A stretch of 64,000 nt of DNA, from NCBI GenBank assembly GCA_965238225.1, contig OZ250183.1, positions 736,001 to 800,000 on the forward strand, read 5' to 3'. The position numbers and the translations under genes were made by a program. This DNA is from Gammaproteobacteria bacterium (GTDB lineage Bacteria > Pseudomonadota > Gammaproteobacteria > Eutrophobiales > Eutrophobiaceae). A model generated the notes under the pieces. That model did not search any database. It was given only the letters and a program-made list of their open reading frames with translations, and was not told the DNA's origin. This document shows positions 10,485-21,516 of the stretch, piece by piece (position 1 is the first letter of the stretch; every line of letters starts with the position of its first letter).

Positions 10485-11795
10485 ATGATTAATTACTGTG
10501 TTATGCCTGGTGGAAAATTAAGTGGTCAATTTTGCGTGCCTGGTGATAAATCTATCTCGCATCGCGCCTTGATGTTGTCTGCAATTGCAGAAGGCCGAAG
10601 TCGAATCTCTGGTTTTCTCAATGGCAAAGATACATTGGCAACCATGGCGGCGTTTAGAGCAATGGGAGTCAAAATTCAACATAATTTAGAAAATGAGGTG
10701 ATTGTTGATGGGGCGGGCATGCAAGGCCTTATAGCGCCAGAAACAGCACTGAATTTAGGTAATTCAGGCACTTCCGCCCGTTTACTTTCTGGCTTACTCG
10801 CAGGTCTTGGAATTGACTGTGAATTAGTGGGTGATGAATCATTAATGTCTCGGCCAATGCGCAGGATTGTTGAACCTCTGCAAAAAATGCAGACATCGAT
10901 TACTTGCTCAGAAAGCGGTACTTTACCCATACATATAAAAGGCGGAAGCAGTGCAGTAGCAATAGATTTTGAAATGCCAGTGGCAAGTGCGCAAATAAAA
11001 TCTGGCCTGTTATTAGCAGCTTTGAACGCAAACGGCAGGACTTGCATCCATGAGCCTCACGCGACACGCGATCATACTGAGCGTATGCTCAAGCAATTTT
11101 CTTATCAGGTAGAGTGCGCGGGAAAAACAATTTCTGTTATTGGGGGCAACGCTTTAAAAGCAGTAGATATCACAGTGCCTGCAGATATCTCCTCAGCAGC
11201 TTTTTTTATTGTCGGCGCAAGCATTGCAAGCGGTTCAGACATTATCATTAAAAATATTGGCATCAACCCAAGAAGAGATGCTGTGCTGCATATATTAAAA
11301 GCAATGGGCGCTCGTATCACGTTGCTGAATAAAAAAGTGCTTAGCGGTGAACCTGTTTCTGATATTCAGGTAAAGTCATCCAAATTACATGGTATCGATA
11401 TCCCTGAAATATTAGTCCCTGGAGCGATAGATGAATTTCCTGCCATCATGATAGCTGCTGCCAATGCAAAAGGTCGTACCAGATTCACTGGCGTAGGAGA
11501 ATTACGCATCAAAGAAAGTGACAGGTTATCAGCAATGAGCGAAGGTTTGCAAACACTAGGCATTAATACTGATGAAACGCTTGACGGAATAACAATCATT
11601 GGCGGTAAGATGAAAGGGGGTGAGATTAATAGCTTTACGGATCACAGGATTGCCATGGCGTTTGTCATCTCTGGCCTTACTTCCTGCGAGCCTATTAAGA
11701 TTAAAAATTGCTCTAATATCGAAACCTCTTTTCCTGATTTTTTTGGTGTTGCAAGGTCTGTCGGTATTGATCTGGTGATCGAGGAACAAGTTTAA
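10485..11795 (+). CDS. aroA: EPSP synthase
   Basis: PGDKSISHR, GNSGT, ASAQIKS, RDHTE, KESDR, DHRIAM. Confidence 0.97.
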   Translation: MINYCVMPGGKLSGQFCVPGDKSISHRALMLSAIAEGRSRISGFLNGKDTLATMAAFRAMGVKIQHNLENEVIVDGAGMQGLIAPETALNLGNSGTSARLLSGLLAGLGIDCELVGDESLMSRPMRRIVEPLQKMQTSITCSESGTLPIHIKGGSSAVAIDFEMPVASAQIKSGLLLAALNANGRTCIHEPHATRDHTERMLKQFSYQVECAGKTISVIGGNALKAVDITVPADISSAAFFIVGASIASGSDIIIKNIGINPRRDAVLHILKAMGARITLLNKKVLSGEPVSDIQVKSSKLHGIDIPEILVPGAIDEFPAIMIAAANAKGRTRFTGVGELRIKESDRLSAMSEGLQTLGINTDETLDGITIIGGKMKGGEINSFTDHRIAMAFVISGLTSCEPIKIKNCSNIETSFPDFFGVARSVGIDLVIEEQV

Positions 11796-12493
11796 TGTCT
11801 GTTATCCCTGTTATTTCTGTCGATGGTCTAAGTGGCACTGGAAAAGGCACGATATGCAGTCATTTGGCTTCTTGGCTGGGTTGGCATCTTCTTGATAGTG
11901 GTGCCTTGTATAGAATACTGGCTGTTGCTGCTATAAAATATCAGCTAAAGCTTGACAATGAATCGGCCATTTCCGATATCGCAAAATCACTAGATGTTGT
12001 TTTTAAGAAATCCAAGCCGGGAGAGGACATAACAGTCATTTTTGAAGGTGATGACATCAGCCAGAAAATAAGAACGGAAGCATGTGCTAATTCAGCATCA
12101 CAGATTGCAACACTTCCAGAAGTTAGAGCCACTCTATTGGATCGGCAAAGACAATTTCAACAAGCTCCCGGCCTGATTGCCGATGGTCGGGATATGGGAA
12201 CAGTGGTCTTTGCTTGCGCACCTTTAAAAATTTACCTCATTGCTTCCGCCAGAGAACGTGCCAAAAGACGCTATAAGCAGTTGAAACAAAAAGGGTTTGA
12301 TGTTAGTCTGCCTCACCTTGCGGCTGATATAGCTAAGAGAGATGCAAGGGATAGTGAGAGAACTACATCACCACTTACACCTGCAGAAGATGCCGTCGTG
12401 ATCGACACCACAGTAATGGAAATTTCTGAGTTTATAAAAAAGGCAGAGGATTTGGTTCGGAAAACTCTGCCAGATGTCTGTCGAACGCGATGA
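11795..12493 (+). CDS. cmk: Cytidylate kinase
   Basis: DGxSGTGKGT, LLDSGALYR, ADGRDMGTVVF; upstream of rpsA. Confidence 0.96.
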   Translation: MSVIPVISVDGLSGTGKGTICSHLASWLGWHLLDSGALYRILAVAAIKYQLKLDNESAISDIAKSLDVVFKKSKPGEDITVIFEGDDISQKIRTEACANSASQIATLPEVRATLLDRQRQFQQAPGLIADGRDMGTVVFACAPLKIYLIASARERAKRRYKQLKQKGFDVSLPHLAADIAKRDARDSERTTSPLTPAEDAVVIDTTVMEISEFIKKAEDLVRKTLPDVCRTR

Positions 12494-12684
12494 TGGTCTG
12501 ATGATGTAATTTGACAACTTAAGCCGTTCTAAAGCTTAATGTTTTCAAGATTAATGTTTTTGACTCATTTTATTAACTAACCGTTATGCAGTACCGCAAA
12601 AATGCAATTGTATGACGATACTCAGACTCTGATATATGAAAATCAGGCAAATCAGAACTGGAATATAAGGTAATTATTTTTTTC

Positions 12685-14358
12685 ATGAACGAGAGTTTTG
12701 CTGAACTTTTTGAACAAAGTCAAATAGAGCGCAAAATGTGCCCAGGTTCCATCATCAGTGCTACGGTGGTTGCAATCACTCAAGATACTGTTGTTGTCAA
12801 CGCAAACCTTAAGTCCGAAGGAATCATTCCAATTTCACAATTCTTTAATGAGCAAGGTGAGGTTGAAGTAAGTATTGGGGATGAAGTAGATGTTTCTCTG
12901 GATGCAGTGGAAAATGGTTTTGGTGAAACAAAACTGTCACGAGAAAAGGCTAAACGTCTGATGGCATGGACAAGTTTGGAAAAGGCGCACGAAACAAACG
13001 AAATTGTTACGGGCATTATCTCTGAAAGAGTTAAAGGTGGTTTTACCGTTGATATAGACAAGGTTAAAGCATTTTTGCCTGGCTCGCTTATTGATGTACG
13101 TCCGGTAAACGACACCAGCTATCTCGAAGGGGAACTGTTGGAATTCAAGGTAATTAAAATTGACCAACGCAGAAACAATGTGGTTATTTCACGTCGTGCA
13201 GTTGTTGAAACAGAAAGCATAGTAGACCGTGCTGCATTACTTGAGTCTCTACAGGAAGGCGCAATCGTAAAGGGCGTAGTCAAAAATACTACGGATTATG
13301 GTGCATTTCTTGATTTGGGCGGCATTGATGGATTATTGCATATCACGGACATGGCGTGGAAAAGAGTTAAAAACCCAAGTGAGCTTGTGACCGTCGGTGA
13401 TGAAATTGATGTAAAAGTTCTGAAATTTGACAACGAACGTAACCGTGTTTCGCTTGGCCTCAAACAAATGGGCGATGATCCATGGGATGATTTGAACAAA
13501 CGTTACCTCAAGGGCACGCGCCTGCGTGGAAAGGTAACCAATCTTGCAGATTATGGTTGTTTTGTGGAGCTTGAAGAGGGTGTTGAAGGACTGGTTCATG
13601 TCTCTGAAATGGACTGGACAAACAAGAATGCACATCCATCAAAACTGGTGCAAATCGGCGAAGAAGTGGATATTGTTATTCTTGATATTGATGTTGAAAG
13701 ACGCCGTATATCGCTTGGCATGAGACAATGTCAACCCAACCCTTGGGAGCAGTTTTCTGCGACCAATAATAAGGGCGATAGAGTTTCTGGCACTATTAAG
13801 TCTATTACTGATTTTGGGATTTTCATCGGTCTTGATGGCGAGATTGATGGCTTGGTGCATCTTTCAGATATCACTTGGTCAGGTACTGGCGAAGAGATTA
13901 TTCATCAATATAGTAAAGGCGACGAACTGGAAACAGTCGTGCTCGCAGTAGATGCAGAAAGAGAACGTATCTCATTGGGTATCAAACAAATGGAAAAAGA
14001 CCCCTTTTCGAATTATGTTGCCGAAAACCCAAAAGGTACTGTCGTTAAGGGGGTTGCAGAAAGTGTAGAGATGAAAAGTGTAATCTTGACTCTGGCAAAA
14101 GGCGTTAATGGGTATATGCGAAATTCAGAAATTTCTGTAGATGAAAAGGTGGATGATGCACGTACCGCAGTTAAAGTTGGTGATGAGATAGAAGTTAAAA
14201 TTACTGCAATTGATCGTAAGAAACGTTCAATTAATGTATCTGTTAGAGCAAAAGAAACAGATGATGAAGCAGCTGCTGTGGAAGAATATGGTTCCAGCGC
14301 TAATGACTCAGGAAAGAGTACGCTAGGCGATTTACTGAAGGAGCATATCAGTAAATAA
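12685..14358 (+). CDS. rpsA: 30S ribosomal protein S1
   Basis: [10 protein letters not shown], repeated S1 domains ([27 protein letters not shown]). Confidence 0.99.
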   Translation: MNESFAELFEQSQIERKMCPGSIISATVVAITQDTVVVNANLKSEGIIPISQFFNEQGEVEVSIGDEVDVSLDAVENGFGETKLSREKAKRLMAWTSLEKAHETNEIVTGIISERVKGGFTVDIDKVKAFLPGSLIDVRPVNDTSYLEGELLEFKVIKIDQRRNNVVISRRAVVETESIVDRAALLESLQEGAIVKGVVKNTTDYGAFLDLGGIDGLLHITDMAWKRVKNPSELVTVGDEIDVKVLKFDNERNRVSLGLKQMGDDPWDDLNKRYLKGTRLRGKVTNLADYGCFVELEEGVEGLVHVSEMDWTNKNAHPSKLVQIGEEVDIVILDIDVERRRISLGMRQCQPNPWEQFSATNNKGDRVSGTIKSITDFGIFIGLDGEIDGLVHLSDITWSGTGEEIIHQYSKGDELETVVLAVDAERERISLGIKQMEKDPFSNYVAENPKGTVVKGVAESVEMKSVILTLAKGVNGYMRNSEISVDEKVDDARTAVKVGDEIEVKITAIDRKKRSINVSVRAKETDDEAAAVEEYGSSANDSGKSTLGDLLKEHISK

Positions 14359-14366
14359 CAAAAAAC

Positions 14367-14406
14367 TGCGTTTTCTACTATAGAAATAGGAACGCAAATT
14401 TTGTTT
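14367..14406 (+). terminator. Probable intrinsic terminator after rpsA
   Basis: Imperfect stem TGCGTTTTCTA...TAGGAACGCA followed by a T-rich tract. Confidence 0.5.
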
Positions 14407-14418
14407 AATACATTGATA
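14406..14418 (-). promoter_or_regulatory. IHF-binding consensus upstream of ihfB
   Basis: Reverse strand reads TATCAATGTATTA, matching WATCAANNNNTTR. Confidence 0.55.
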
Positions 14419-14485
14419 TTATTAAGAGAGATGAAAGTTTCAGACAGTCATAAACTGTCCCGTACTGATATTTGAGATATGAATA

Positions 14486-14764
14486 ATGACAAAATCAGAA
14501 CTCATAGAATCGCTTGCTAAAAGACAAGCTCAATTAACCTATCGAGATGTCGAGTCGGCAGTGAAAATGATTCTAGAGCATATGGCTATGACACTTTCTA
14601 ATGGTGAAAGGATAGAAATTCGGGGCTTTGGTAGTTTTGCCTTGCATTATCGTCCACCACGCGTGGGTAGAAATCCTAAATCAGGCGAACCTGTGTCACT
14701 CCCGGCTAAATATGTACCTCATTTTAAACCAGGTAAAGAGTTGCGCGAAAGAGTCGACAATTAA
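14486..14764 (+). CDS. ihfB: Integration host factor beta
   Basis: [37 protein letters not shown]. Confidence 0.98.
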   Translation: MTKSELIESLAKRQAQLTYRDVESAVKMILEHMAMTLSNGERIEIRGFGSFALHYRPPRVGRNPKSGEPVSLPAKYVPHFKPGKELRERVDN

Positions 14765-14890
14765 GCCAATTCCTGAAGTTTAAAGACAGTATTTTTAATA
14801 TTCCGCGATAGTGGACTGTTGTATTCTAGCTATTCTCTGCTTATTGTTGTCATTCTAGTTTAATATACTGACATAAAGGAAGAGAACAAT

Positions 14891-15196
14891 ATGTCTCAGT
14901 CAATTAAAAAATATTTTTCTATTACTTTTTTCTTGTTGATATTTATTATATCAATGGCATTTTTTTTGAAGAATGATCAGACGATCACTGTTCATTATCT
15001 CATTGATAGTCAAGAATTTTCTCTTTCATTGTGTTTATTCATTTCTTTGGGTATTGGCACATTGTTAGGTATTTTGGCATGGCTACCGAAAGTATTGAGT
15101 TTGAAATATAGAATCAGGAAACTTGAGAAACAGGCAAAATTTACCGAGAAGGAACTTAATAATCTCAGGGTTATGCCGATGCAGGATAAGCTTTAA
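14891..15196 (+). CDS. lapA: LPS assembly protein A family membrane protein
   Basis: Two TM segments, N-x-Q..V..YL pattern, basic coiled tail; between ihfB and lapB. Confidence 0.8.
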   Translation: MSQSIKKYFSITFFLLIFIISMAFFLKNDQTITVHYLIDSQEFSLSLCLFISLGIGTLLGILAWLPKVLSLKYRIRKLEKQAKFTEKELNNLRVMPMQDKL

Positions 15197-15908
15197 TGGG
15201 AAGTAGTTGGATGACAATAATTTGGTTACTGCCCGTTGCCAGGATTAGCGGATGGTTGTACGGCAGGTATTGCCATACTGTACCAAATAATTCTAGTCCA
15301 AGTGGATTATATCCTGAATATTTTAAAGGTTTAAATTACGTTCTAAACGAGCAGCCAGATCAGGCGATTGAAGTCTTTATCAAGATGCTGGAAGTAGATA
15401 ATGAAACTGTGGAAACACATCTTGCCTTGGGAAATCTGTTCCGGCATCGTGGTGAAGTTGACCGTGCGATTCGCATCCATCAAAACCTGATAGCTAGACC
15501 TAAATTGAGCCGGGCGCAACGAACATCAGCAATGTTTGAGCTTGGTATGGATTACATGAAATCTGGGTTGCTGGATCATGCCGAAAATTTATTTTGCGAA
15601 CTGGTGGAAACTGAATTATATCCAGTCCCTGCACTTACTGAATTACTGGATATTTATCAACAGGAAAAAGATTGGGAAAATGCAATCAGGACAGCTCGTC
15701 GACTGGAATTATATTCACCCAAACCTTTGAATAAAGTTATTGCTCAATTTTATTGCCAGAAGGCAAGTGCATTACGAAGCCATGGAGAGAGAAAAACGGG
15801 CGCGTGCGTTGCTGAGAAAAACAATTTATGTTGATCAAGTGGTTTTGATGCCATATCTGTAAAAACTGGAATACTGTAAAGTCTATCTAGGATATATAAG
15901 GAGAGTAG
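15196..15908 (+). pseudogene. lapB: LPS assembly protein B; intact N-terminal half, then frameshift, deletions and stops
   Basis: YFKGLNYVLNEQPDQAI, ETHLALGNLFR.RGEVDRAIRIHQNL; ORF stops at 15834; remnant C-H-I-C-K-N-W-N-T-V-K-S-I-*-D-I-*-G-E-* at 15849-15908 resembles the LapB rubredoxin tail. Confidence 0.88.
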
Positions 15909-15911
15909 AAG

Positions 15912-16613
15912 TTGAGTCACTCACGTATTATTGTACCTCTGGATTTTAATACTGCTGAGCAAACTCTGGAACTTGTTGAAAAATTGCGATCTGATTTATG
16001 CCGATTAAAAATAGGCAAAGAATTATTCACGAAAACAGGCCCAGACCTTGTCGACAAATTAATTAACAAAGGTTTTGATGTATTCCTTGATCTTAAATTT
16101 CATGATATCCCTACAACGGTAGCAAAGGCATGTGCAGTTGCTGCAGATTTGGGTGTATGGATGGTTGATATACATGCAAGCGGTGGGTCTGAAATGATGT
16201 CGCTTGCCAAAGAGGCAATCGAAAAAAAATCACATCGTCCATTGTTGGTTGGTGTGACCATACTCACCAGTATAAATCAAGAAGGATTAAGAGAGCTTGG
16301 CATGCAATGTTCCATTGAAGAGCAGGTAATGCGACTTGCACAGTTAGCATTTAATGCTGGTCTTGATGGGGTTGTATGTTCTGCATATGAAGTAAAGATG
16401 TTACGAGAAAACTTAAGCAAGGAATTTAAATTGGTAACACCTGGTATTCGCCCGCATGGTTCAAATAAGGATGATCAGAAACGTGTCATGACACCACAGC
16501 AGGCTACCAATGCTGGCAGTGACTATCTGGTTATAGGAAGACCTATTACGCAATCAGCAGACCCAGGTCAGGCGTTAAGAGACATTAGCAAAGAAATTAG
16601 TGTCGCAAAATAG
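15912..16613 (+). CDS. pyrF: Orotidine-5'-phosphate decarboxylase
   Basis: FLDLKFHDIP, VTPGIRP, DDQKR, VIGRPIT. Confidence 0.97.
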   Translation: MSHSRIIVPLDFNTAEQTLELVEKLRSDLCRLKIGKELFTKTGPDLVDKLINKGFDVFLDLKFHDIPTTVAKACAVAADLGVWMVDIHASGGSEMMSLAKEAIEKKSHRPLLVGVTILTSINQEGLRELGMQCSIEEQVMRLAQLAFNAGLDGVVCSAYEVKMLRENLSKEFKLVTPGIRPHGSNKDDQKRVMTPQQATNAGSDYLVIGRPITQSADPGQALRDISKEISVAK

Positions 16614-16619
16614 CCTTTA

Positions 16620-19600
16620 ATGCTAAATAACAATCGTGCAAATGCATTCTGGCCTGAATGCTCATTCAAAACGGGTGAAAAGAGTTTTTGGGGCAGACTC
16701 TACGGTAGCGCTAAGGCATTAGCTATTAGTCAGTTAGCAAGTCAAGCAGAAGCTCTTGTCATTATCATGACGGCAGACTCACTTACAGCAAGTAGATTGA
16801 CGGAAGAAATTCGTTTTTATATTGACGATAGTAAAATCAATAATCTACTATCTTTTCCCGATTGGGAGACATTGCCTTACGATTTAATTTCGCCCTATCA
16901 AGATATTATCTCGGCAAGGCTGGCGACGTTGACTATCTTGCCAACTTTAAAAAAGGGCATTCTGGTTGTGCCAGTTACGACACTAATGCATCGTCTGATG
17001 CCTAGAGAATTTTTATTATCACATAGCTTGATTTTGAAAAACGGACAACAACTTAATGTTGAAGCATTCAGAAAACAGCTAAATGAAAGTGGCTATACAT
17101 TGAGTACGCAAGTCATCGAGCATAGCGATATGGCAATTCGTGGTTCCTTAATTGATTTATATCCTATGGGAGCAGACAAACCTTATCGGATAGATCTTTT
17201 GGGTGATGAGGTAGACAGTATTCGGACATTCGACCCTGAAACCCAACGCTCACTAAATAAGGTCGAGGAAATCAAAATATTACCAGCCAGAGAAGTGGCA
17301 TTGGTTGACGAAGGAATCGCTCTCTTTAGATCAGCTTGGCGTTCTCAGTTTGAAGGCAACCCAAATCAATCGCCTGTTTATCGGGATGTCAGTCAAGGAC
17401 TTGCGCCTGCCGGTATTGAATATTATTTGCCATTATTTTACGAACAAACCAACACTTTGTTTGATTATGTACATAATGATTGCATTGTTGTCTTTGATGA
17501 AGATGCTATCGATGCTGCTGAATTATTCTGGCAAGACATTAAAGCGCGTTATGAGCAAATACGACATGATATAGAGCATCCAGTATTGTCGCCAAATGAC
17601 ATGTTTCTTAATCCCTCTGATTTGTTAAATAGAACTAAAATTTATCACCAGATACACATCTCTCACAGGGAGCAGCAGGATCGATCTGGAACCAGTAACT
17701 ACGACACAACTCTACCAGTAAGCTTGATGATTGATGCTCGCTCAGCAGACCCATTGTCGCTATTCAGACGATTTATAAGTAATTTTGACGGAAGAATACT
17801 ACTGGTTGCAGAATCAACAGGTAGAAGAGAAACCCTGTTAGATTTATTACGGCAAAATGACATCAGGCCTGTGCAGCAGGATGACTGGTTTGAGTTTATA
17901 CAAGGGCAAGAGCGCTTGGGTTTAACTGTTGCACCTTTGGAACAAGGCGCTCAATTGGAACAGCCTAAAATTGCCGTTATAAGTGAAGGGCAATTGTTTG
18001 GCGAACGTGTGATGCAGCGTCGTTTGCGTAAACGTAAGCAGCAGGACTCAGAAAATATTATTCGCAACCTGACGGAGTTAGCTCTGGGGGCACCAGTAGT
18101 TCATGAAGAGCATGGTGTTGGCCGTTATCAAGGATTGATCGTTTTGGACATGGGAGGCATTCCTGCCGAATTTATTTTTATCGAATATGCTGAAGGTGAC
18201 AAACTCTACGTGCCAATTTCTGCACTTGATTTGATCAGTCGTTTTACTGGAGTAGATCCAGAATATGCACCATTACATCACTTAGGCAGTGGACAATGGG
18301 GAAAAGCCAAACGCAAGGCTGCCAAACGTGTATATGATGTTGCCGCTGAATTACTGGAATTGCATGCACAACGTGCAGCTCGCTCTGGGTTTAATTTTGA
18401 GATTGACGAAAATGCTTACCGTGCTTTTGTACAAACATTTCCTTTCGAAGAAACACCAGGGCAAATGGATGCAATAATGGCAGTGCTTGATGATATGGCT
18501 CAATCGAAACCTATGGATCGTTTAGTCTGTGGCGATGCAGGTTTCGGTAAAACAGAAGTGGCTATGCGCGCTTCATTTATTGCAGTACAAAATGACAAAC
18601 AAGTTGCTATTCTCGTACCAACAACATTATTGGCACAGCAACATTTTCAAAATTTTAAAGACAGGTTTGCAGACTGGCCTGTACGTATTGAATTATTATC
18701 TAGATTTCGCACAGGCAAGGGACAAAATAAGGCGCTAAAAGGAATTGAAGATGGCACTGTTGATATTGTCATTGGTACGCATAAATTGATTAATGGCAAT
18801 ATAGAATTTTTTCGTTTGGGTTTGTTAGTCATAGACGAAGAACATCGTTTTGGTGTTAGGCAAAAGGAAAAGTTTAAGGCCATCCGAGCAGAAATTGATG
18901 TACTGACGCTTACGGCAACCCCCATTCCACGAACATTAAATATGGCGCTCGCCGACTTACGTGAATTTTCAATCATTGCGACACCACCATCAAAAAGATT
19001 ATCAGTTAAAACTTTTGTGCGTGAATGGAATGATGCTCTGTTAAAAGAAGCGCTACTACGTGAAATAAAACGTGGCGGTCAGGTATATGTGTTACATAAC
19101 AAAATTGCAACCATAGAAAAAATGACTAGGCAGATAGAGTCGCTACTGCCAGAGGCATCAGTGAGGTGGGCGCACGGTCAAATGCCAGAGAAAGAACTTG
19201 AGCGAGTGATGTTGGATTTCTATCACAGACGTTTTAATGTTCTGGTTTGTACCACTATTATTGAAACAGGCATTGATGTGCCGAGCGCCAATACTATTAT
19301 CATTAATCGTGCAGATAGATTTGGGCTTGCGCAACTCTATCAGTTAAGGGGCAGGGTTGGGCGTTCACATCACAGAGCCTATGCCTATTTAATTGTGCCA
19401 GAAAGAAAACAGATGACGGCAGATGCGATAAAAAGACTGGAAGCAATAGAGGCTCTGGATGAATTAGGTGTTGGATTCACATTGGCGACGCATGATCTTG
19501 AAATTCGCGGAGCAGGAGAGATTTTGGGTGAAGACCAAAGCGGGCAAATCCAAGCAATAGGTTATGGTTTTTATATGAACCTGCTTGACCGCGCAGTGAC

Positions 19601-20096
19601 AGCGTTGAAATTGGGCAAGCAACCTGAGCTTGATAGGCCGCTAGATCATGGTGTTGAGATTAATCTGCATATTCCAGCATTAATCCCGGAAGATTATTTG
19701 CCTGATGTGCATATGCGACTCATTATGTATAAACGAATTGCGAGTATCGATAATAAAGAAGCATTAAAAGAACTTCAGGTCGAGATGATAGATCGTTTTG
19801 GTTTGTTGCCTGATTTTGCCAAAAATCTTTTCCAGATTGCAGAACTAAAATTATTAGTCAATCCGTTTGGTATTCGTAAGATAGATTTGGGTCCTCATGG
19901 AGGGAGGTTACAATTTAACGAAAATAATAATGTCAATCCAATGAAAATCATCGCATTAATAGACGCGAATCCATTTACTTACAAACTGGATGGGCAGGAT
20001 AAATTACGAATTAACGAAGAGTTGCCGGAACCTGATGATAGGTTCACAATATTAAGCAATCTTATTGTAGATATTTCAAACGAGAGTAGCGCATAG
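16620..20096 (+). CDS. mfd: Transcription-repair coupling factor
   Basis: FPDWETLPYD, FPFEET, GFGKTE, DEEHRFG, TATPIPRT, QLRGRVGR. Confidence 0.98.
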   Translation: MLNNNRANAFWPECSFKTGEKSFWGRLYGSAKALAISQLASQAEALVIIMTADSLTASRLTEEIRFYIDDSKINNLLSFPDWETLPYDLISPYQDIISARLATLTILPTLKKGILVVPVTTLMHRLMPREFLLSHSLILKNGQQLNVEAFRKQLNESGYTLSTQVIEHSDMAIRGSLIDLYPMGADKPYRIDLLGDEVDSIRTFDPETQRSLNKVEEIKILPAREVALVDEGIALFRSAWRSQFEGNPNQSPVYRDVSQGLAPAGIEYYLPLFYEQTNTLFDYVHNDCIVVFDEDAIDAAELFWQDIKARYEQIRHDIEHPVLSPNDMFLNPSDLLNRTKIYHQIHISHREQQDRSGTSNYDTTLPVSLMIDARSADPLSLFRRFISNFDGRILLVAESTGRRETLLDLLRQNDIRPVQQDDWFEFIQGQERLGLTVAPLEQGAQLEQPKIAVISEGQLFGERVMQRRLRKRKQQDSENIIRNLTELALGAPVVHEEHGVGRYQGLIVLDMGGIPAEFIFIEYAEGDKLYVPISALDLISRFTGVDPEYAPLHHLGSGQWGKAKRKAAKRVYDVAAELLELHAQRAARSGFNFEIDENAYRAFVQTFPFEETPGQMDAIMAVLDDMAQSKPMDRLVCGDAGFGKTEVAMRASFIAVQNDKQVAILVPTTLLAQQHFQNFKDRFADWPVRIELLSRFRTGKGQNKALKGIEDGTVDIVIGTHKLINGNIEFFRLGLLVIDEEHRFGVRQKEKFKAIRAEIDVLTLTATPIPRTLNMALADLREFSIIATPPSKRLSVKTFVREWNDALLKEALLREIKRGGQVYVLHNKIATIEKMTRQIESLLPEASVRWAHGQMPEKELERVMLDFYHRRFNVLVCTTIIETGIDVPSANTIIINRADRFGLAQLYQLRGRVGRSHHRAYAYLIVPERKQMTADAIKRLEAIEALDELGVGFTLATHDLEIRGAGEILGEDQSGQIQAIGYGFYMNLLDRAVTALKLGKQPELDRPLDHGVEINLHIPALIPEDYLPDVHMRLIMYKRIASIDNKEALKELQVEMIDRFGLLPDFAKNLFQIAELKLLVNPFGIRKIDLGPHGGRLQFNENNNVNPMKIIALIDANPFTYKLDGQDKLRINEELPEPDDRFTILSNLIVDISNESSA

Positions 20097-20100
20097 TCAA

Positions 20101-20742
20101 ATGAAAATATTACTATTTGGTTGCCTGTTTTTGCTATTTAGTAATTCGGTATATGCTAGAGGGTATCAAGTAGAAATGGTCGTATTCGAACATCTGATGG
20201 CTGACACCAGCGATGAGCTCTGGAATACAGGCATTATGCCAGACTATCGTAATACCACAGAGCTTATCGCCGCAGTCGATGGCTCCAGTGCGTTTAAGAT
20301 GTTGCCCGCAAGTAGCTACAAACTTAATAAGGTAAAGAGAGCTCTTGAGTTATCCGGCCGCTATCGCCCCATATATCATATTGCTTGGCAACAGCCAGAG
20401 TTAACAAAATCTAGAGCAAAGAAAGTCCTTATTAAAGATCCAAAGACAAAGATAAAAGGTACAGTAATTTTAAGAGGCGGGCGCTTACTGCATTTAGATT
20501 TGGATATTTCCTATTTTATTGATCTATTTACTGAATCAGTCATTTCATTTGCACAAGAAAATGTATTCGAAGAGAATGAAAATCCAGATAAAACCAAGGA
20601 AGATAAATCCAGCGTAGAACTTGCTGTACGCGGAACCTATGCAGAAATGAAAGAAACTCGAAGAATCAAACTGAATGAATTGCATTATTTTGATCATCCA
20701 TTGTTTGGGTTGGTTATACGGGTGACACGGCTAGCAGTATAA
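20101..20742 (+). CDS. CsiV-like peptidoglycan-binding family protein
   Basis: Signal peptide, YQVEMVVF, HIAWQQ, C-terminal ELHYFDHPLFG; usual position after mfd. Confidence 0.75.
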   Translation: MKILLFGCLFLLFSNSVYARGYQVEMVVFEHLMADTSDELWNTGIMPDYRNTTELIAAVDGSSAFKMLPASSYKLNKVKRALELSGRYRPIYHIAWQQPELTKSRAKKVLIKDPKTKIKGTVILRGGRLLHLDLDISYFIDLFTESVISFAQENVFEENENPDKTKEDKSSVELAVRGTYAEMKETRRIKLNELHYFDHPLFGLVIRVTRLAV

Positions 20743-20772
20743 GAGTAGAAATATACGTCTATTCTTAATTCT

Positions 20773-21516
20773 TTAGCTTATTAGCTTTATCGTTTCTTCA
20801 AGAATTATATTTATTTTTTCCATTCCATTTGCAAGATTATTTTCGATAATTTCCATGGTGATTGCATTATCTGATTTACCCGCTGCCCAATTAACGACAA
20901 GCGCAAGGCAGGCATAATTAATATTCAGTTCTCGGGCAAGGGCAGCCTCTGGCATTCCAGTCATGCCGACTATATCACAACCATCTTTTTCTAATTTTTT
21001 TATCTCTGCCTCAGTTTCCAACCGAGGACCTTGTGTGGCGGCATAAACACCGCCAATAAACACATTTAAATCTGAAATAACCTGACTGCTTATTAGCTGT
21101 TTTCTTAAGGTAATACTGTATGGATTGGTAAAATCAATATGCGTGACTTTATCCAGATTATCTTCAAAAAATGTATATTTTCTATCATAGGTATAATCAA
21201 TAATTTGACTGGGGATGACAATTCTTTCTGGATGCATTTTTGATGTGATGCCACCGACAGCATTAACGGCGATGATATTTTTCACGCCATTTTCCTTGAG
21301 TGCATAAATATTAGCGCGATAATTTATCTTATGCGGCGGTATGCTGTGTAGATTGCCGTGTCTCGGTAAAAAGATGATATCCTTATCCTTAAAACCCCCA
21401 AAGATTAAAGCATTCGAAGGATTGCCGTAGGGGGTATCGACCGCTTCCGTCTTAGAGACCTCGATACCTGCAAGTGAAGTGAGCCCCATGCCACCAACAA
21501 TAGCTATTTTGTTCAT
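20773..21516 (-). CDS. mtiP: S-methyl-5'-thioinosine/MTA phosphorylase
   Basis: TPYG.PS, RHG..H.IPPHKINYRAN, GPRLET, VGMTGMPE, VVNWAAG; ATG at 21516; paired with hpt. Confidence 0.85.
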   Translation of the reverse strand: MNKIAIVGGMGLTSLAGIEVSKTEAVDTPYGNPSNALIFGGFKDKDIIFLPRHGNLHSIPPHKINYRANIYALKENGVKNIIAVNAVGGITSKMHPERIVIPSQIIDYTYDRKYTFFEDNLDKVTHIDFTNPYSITLRKQLISSQVISDLNVFIGGVYAATQGPRLETEAEIKKLEKDGCDIVGMTGMPEAALARELNINYACLALVVNWAAGKSDNAITMEIIENNLANGMEKINIILEETIKLIS

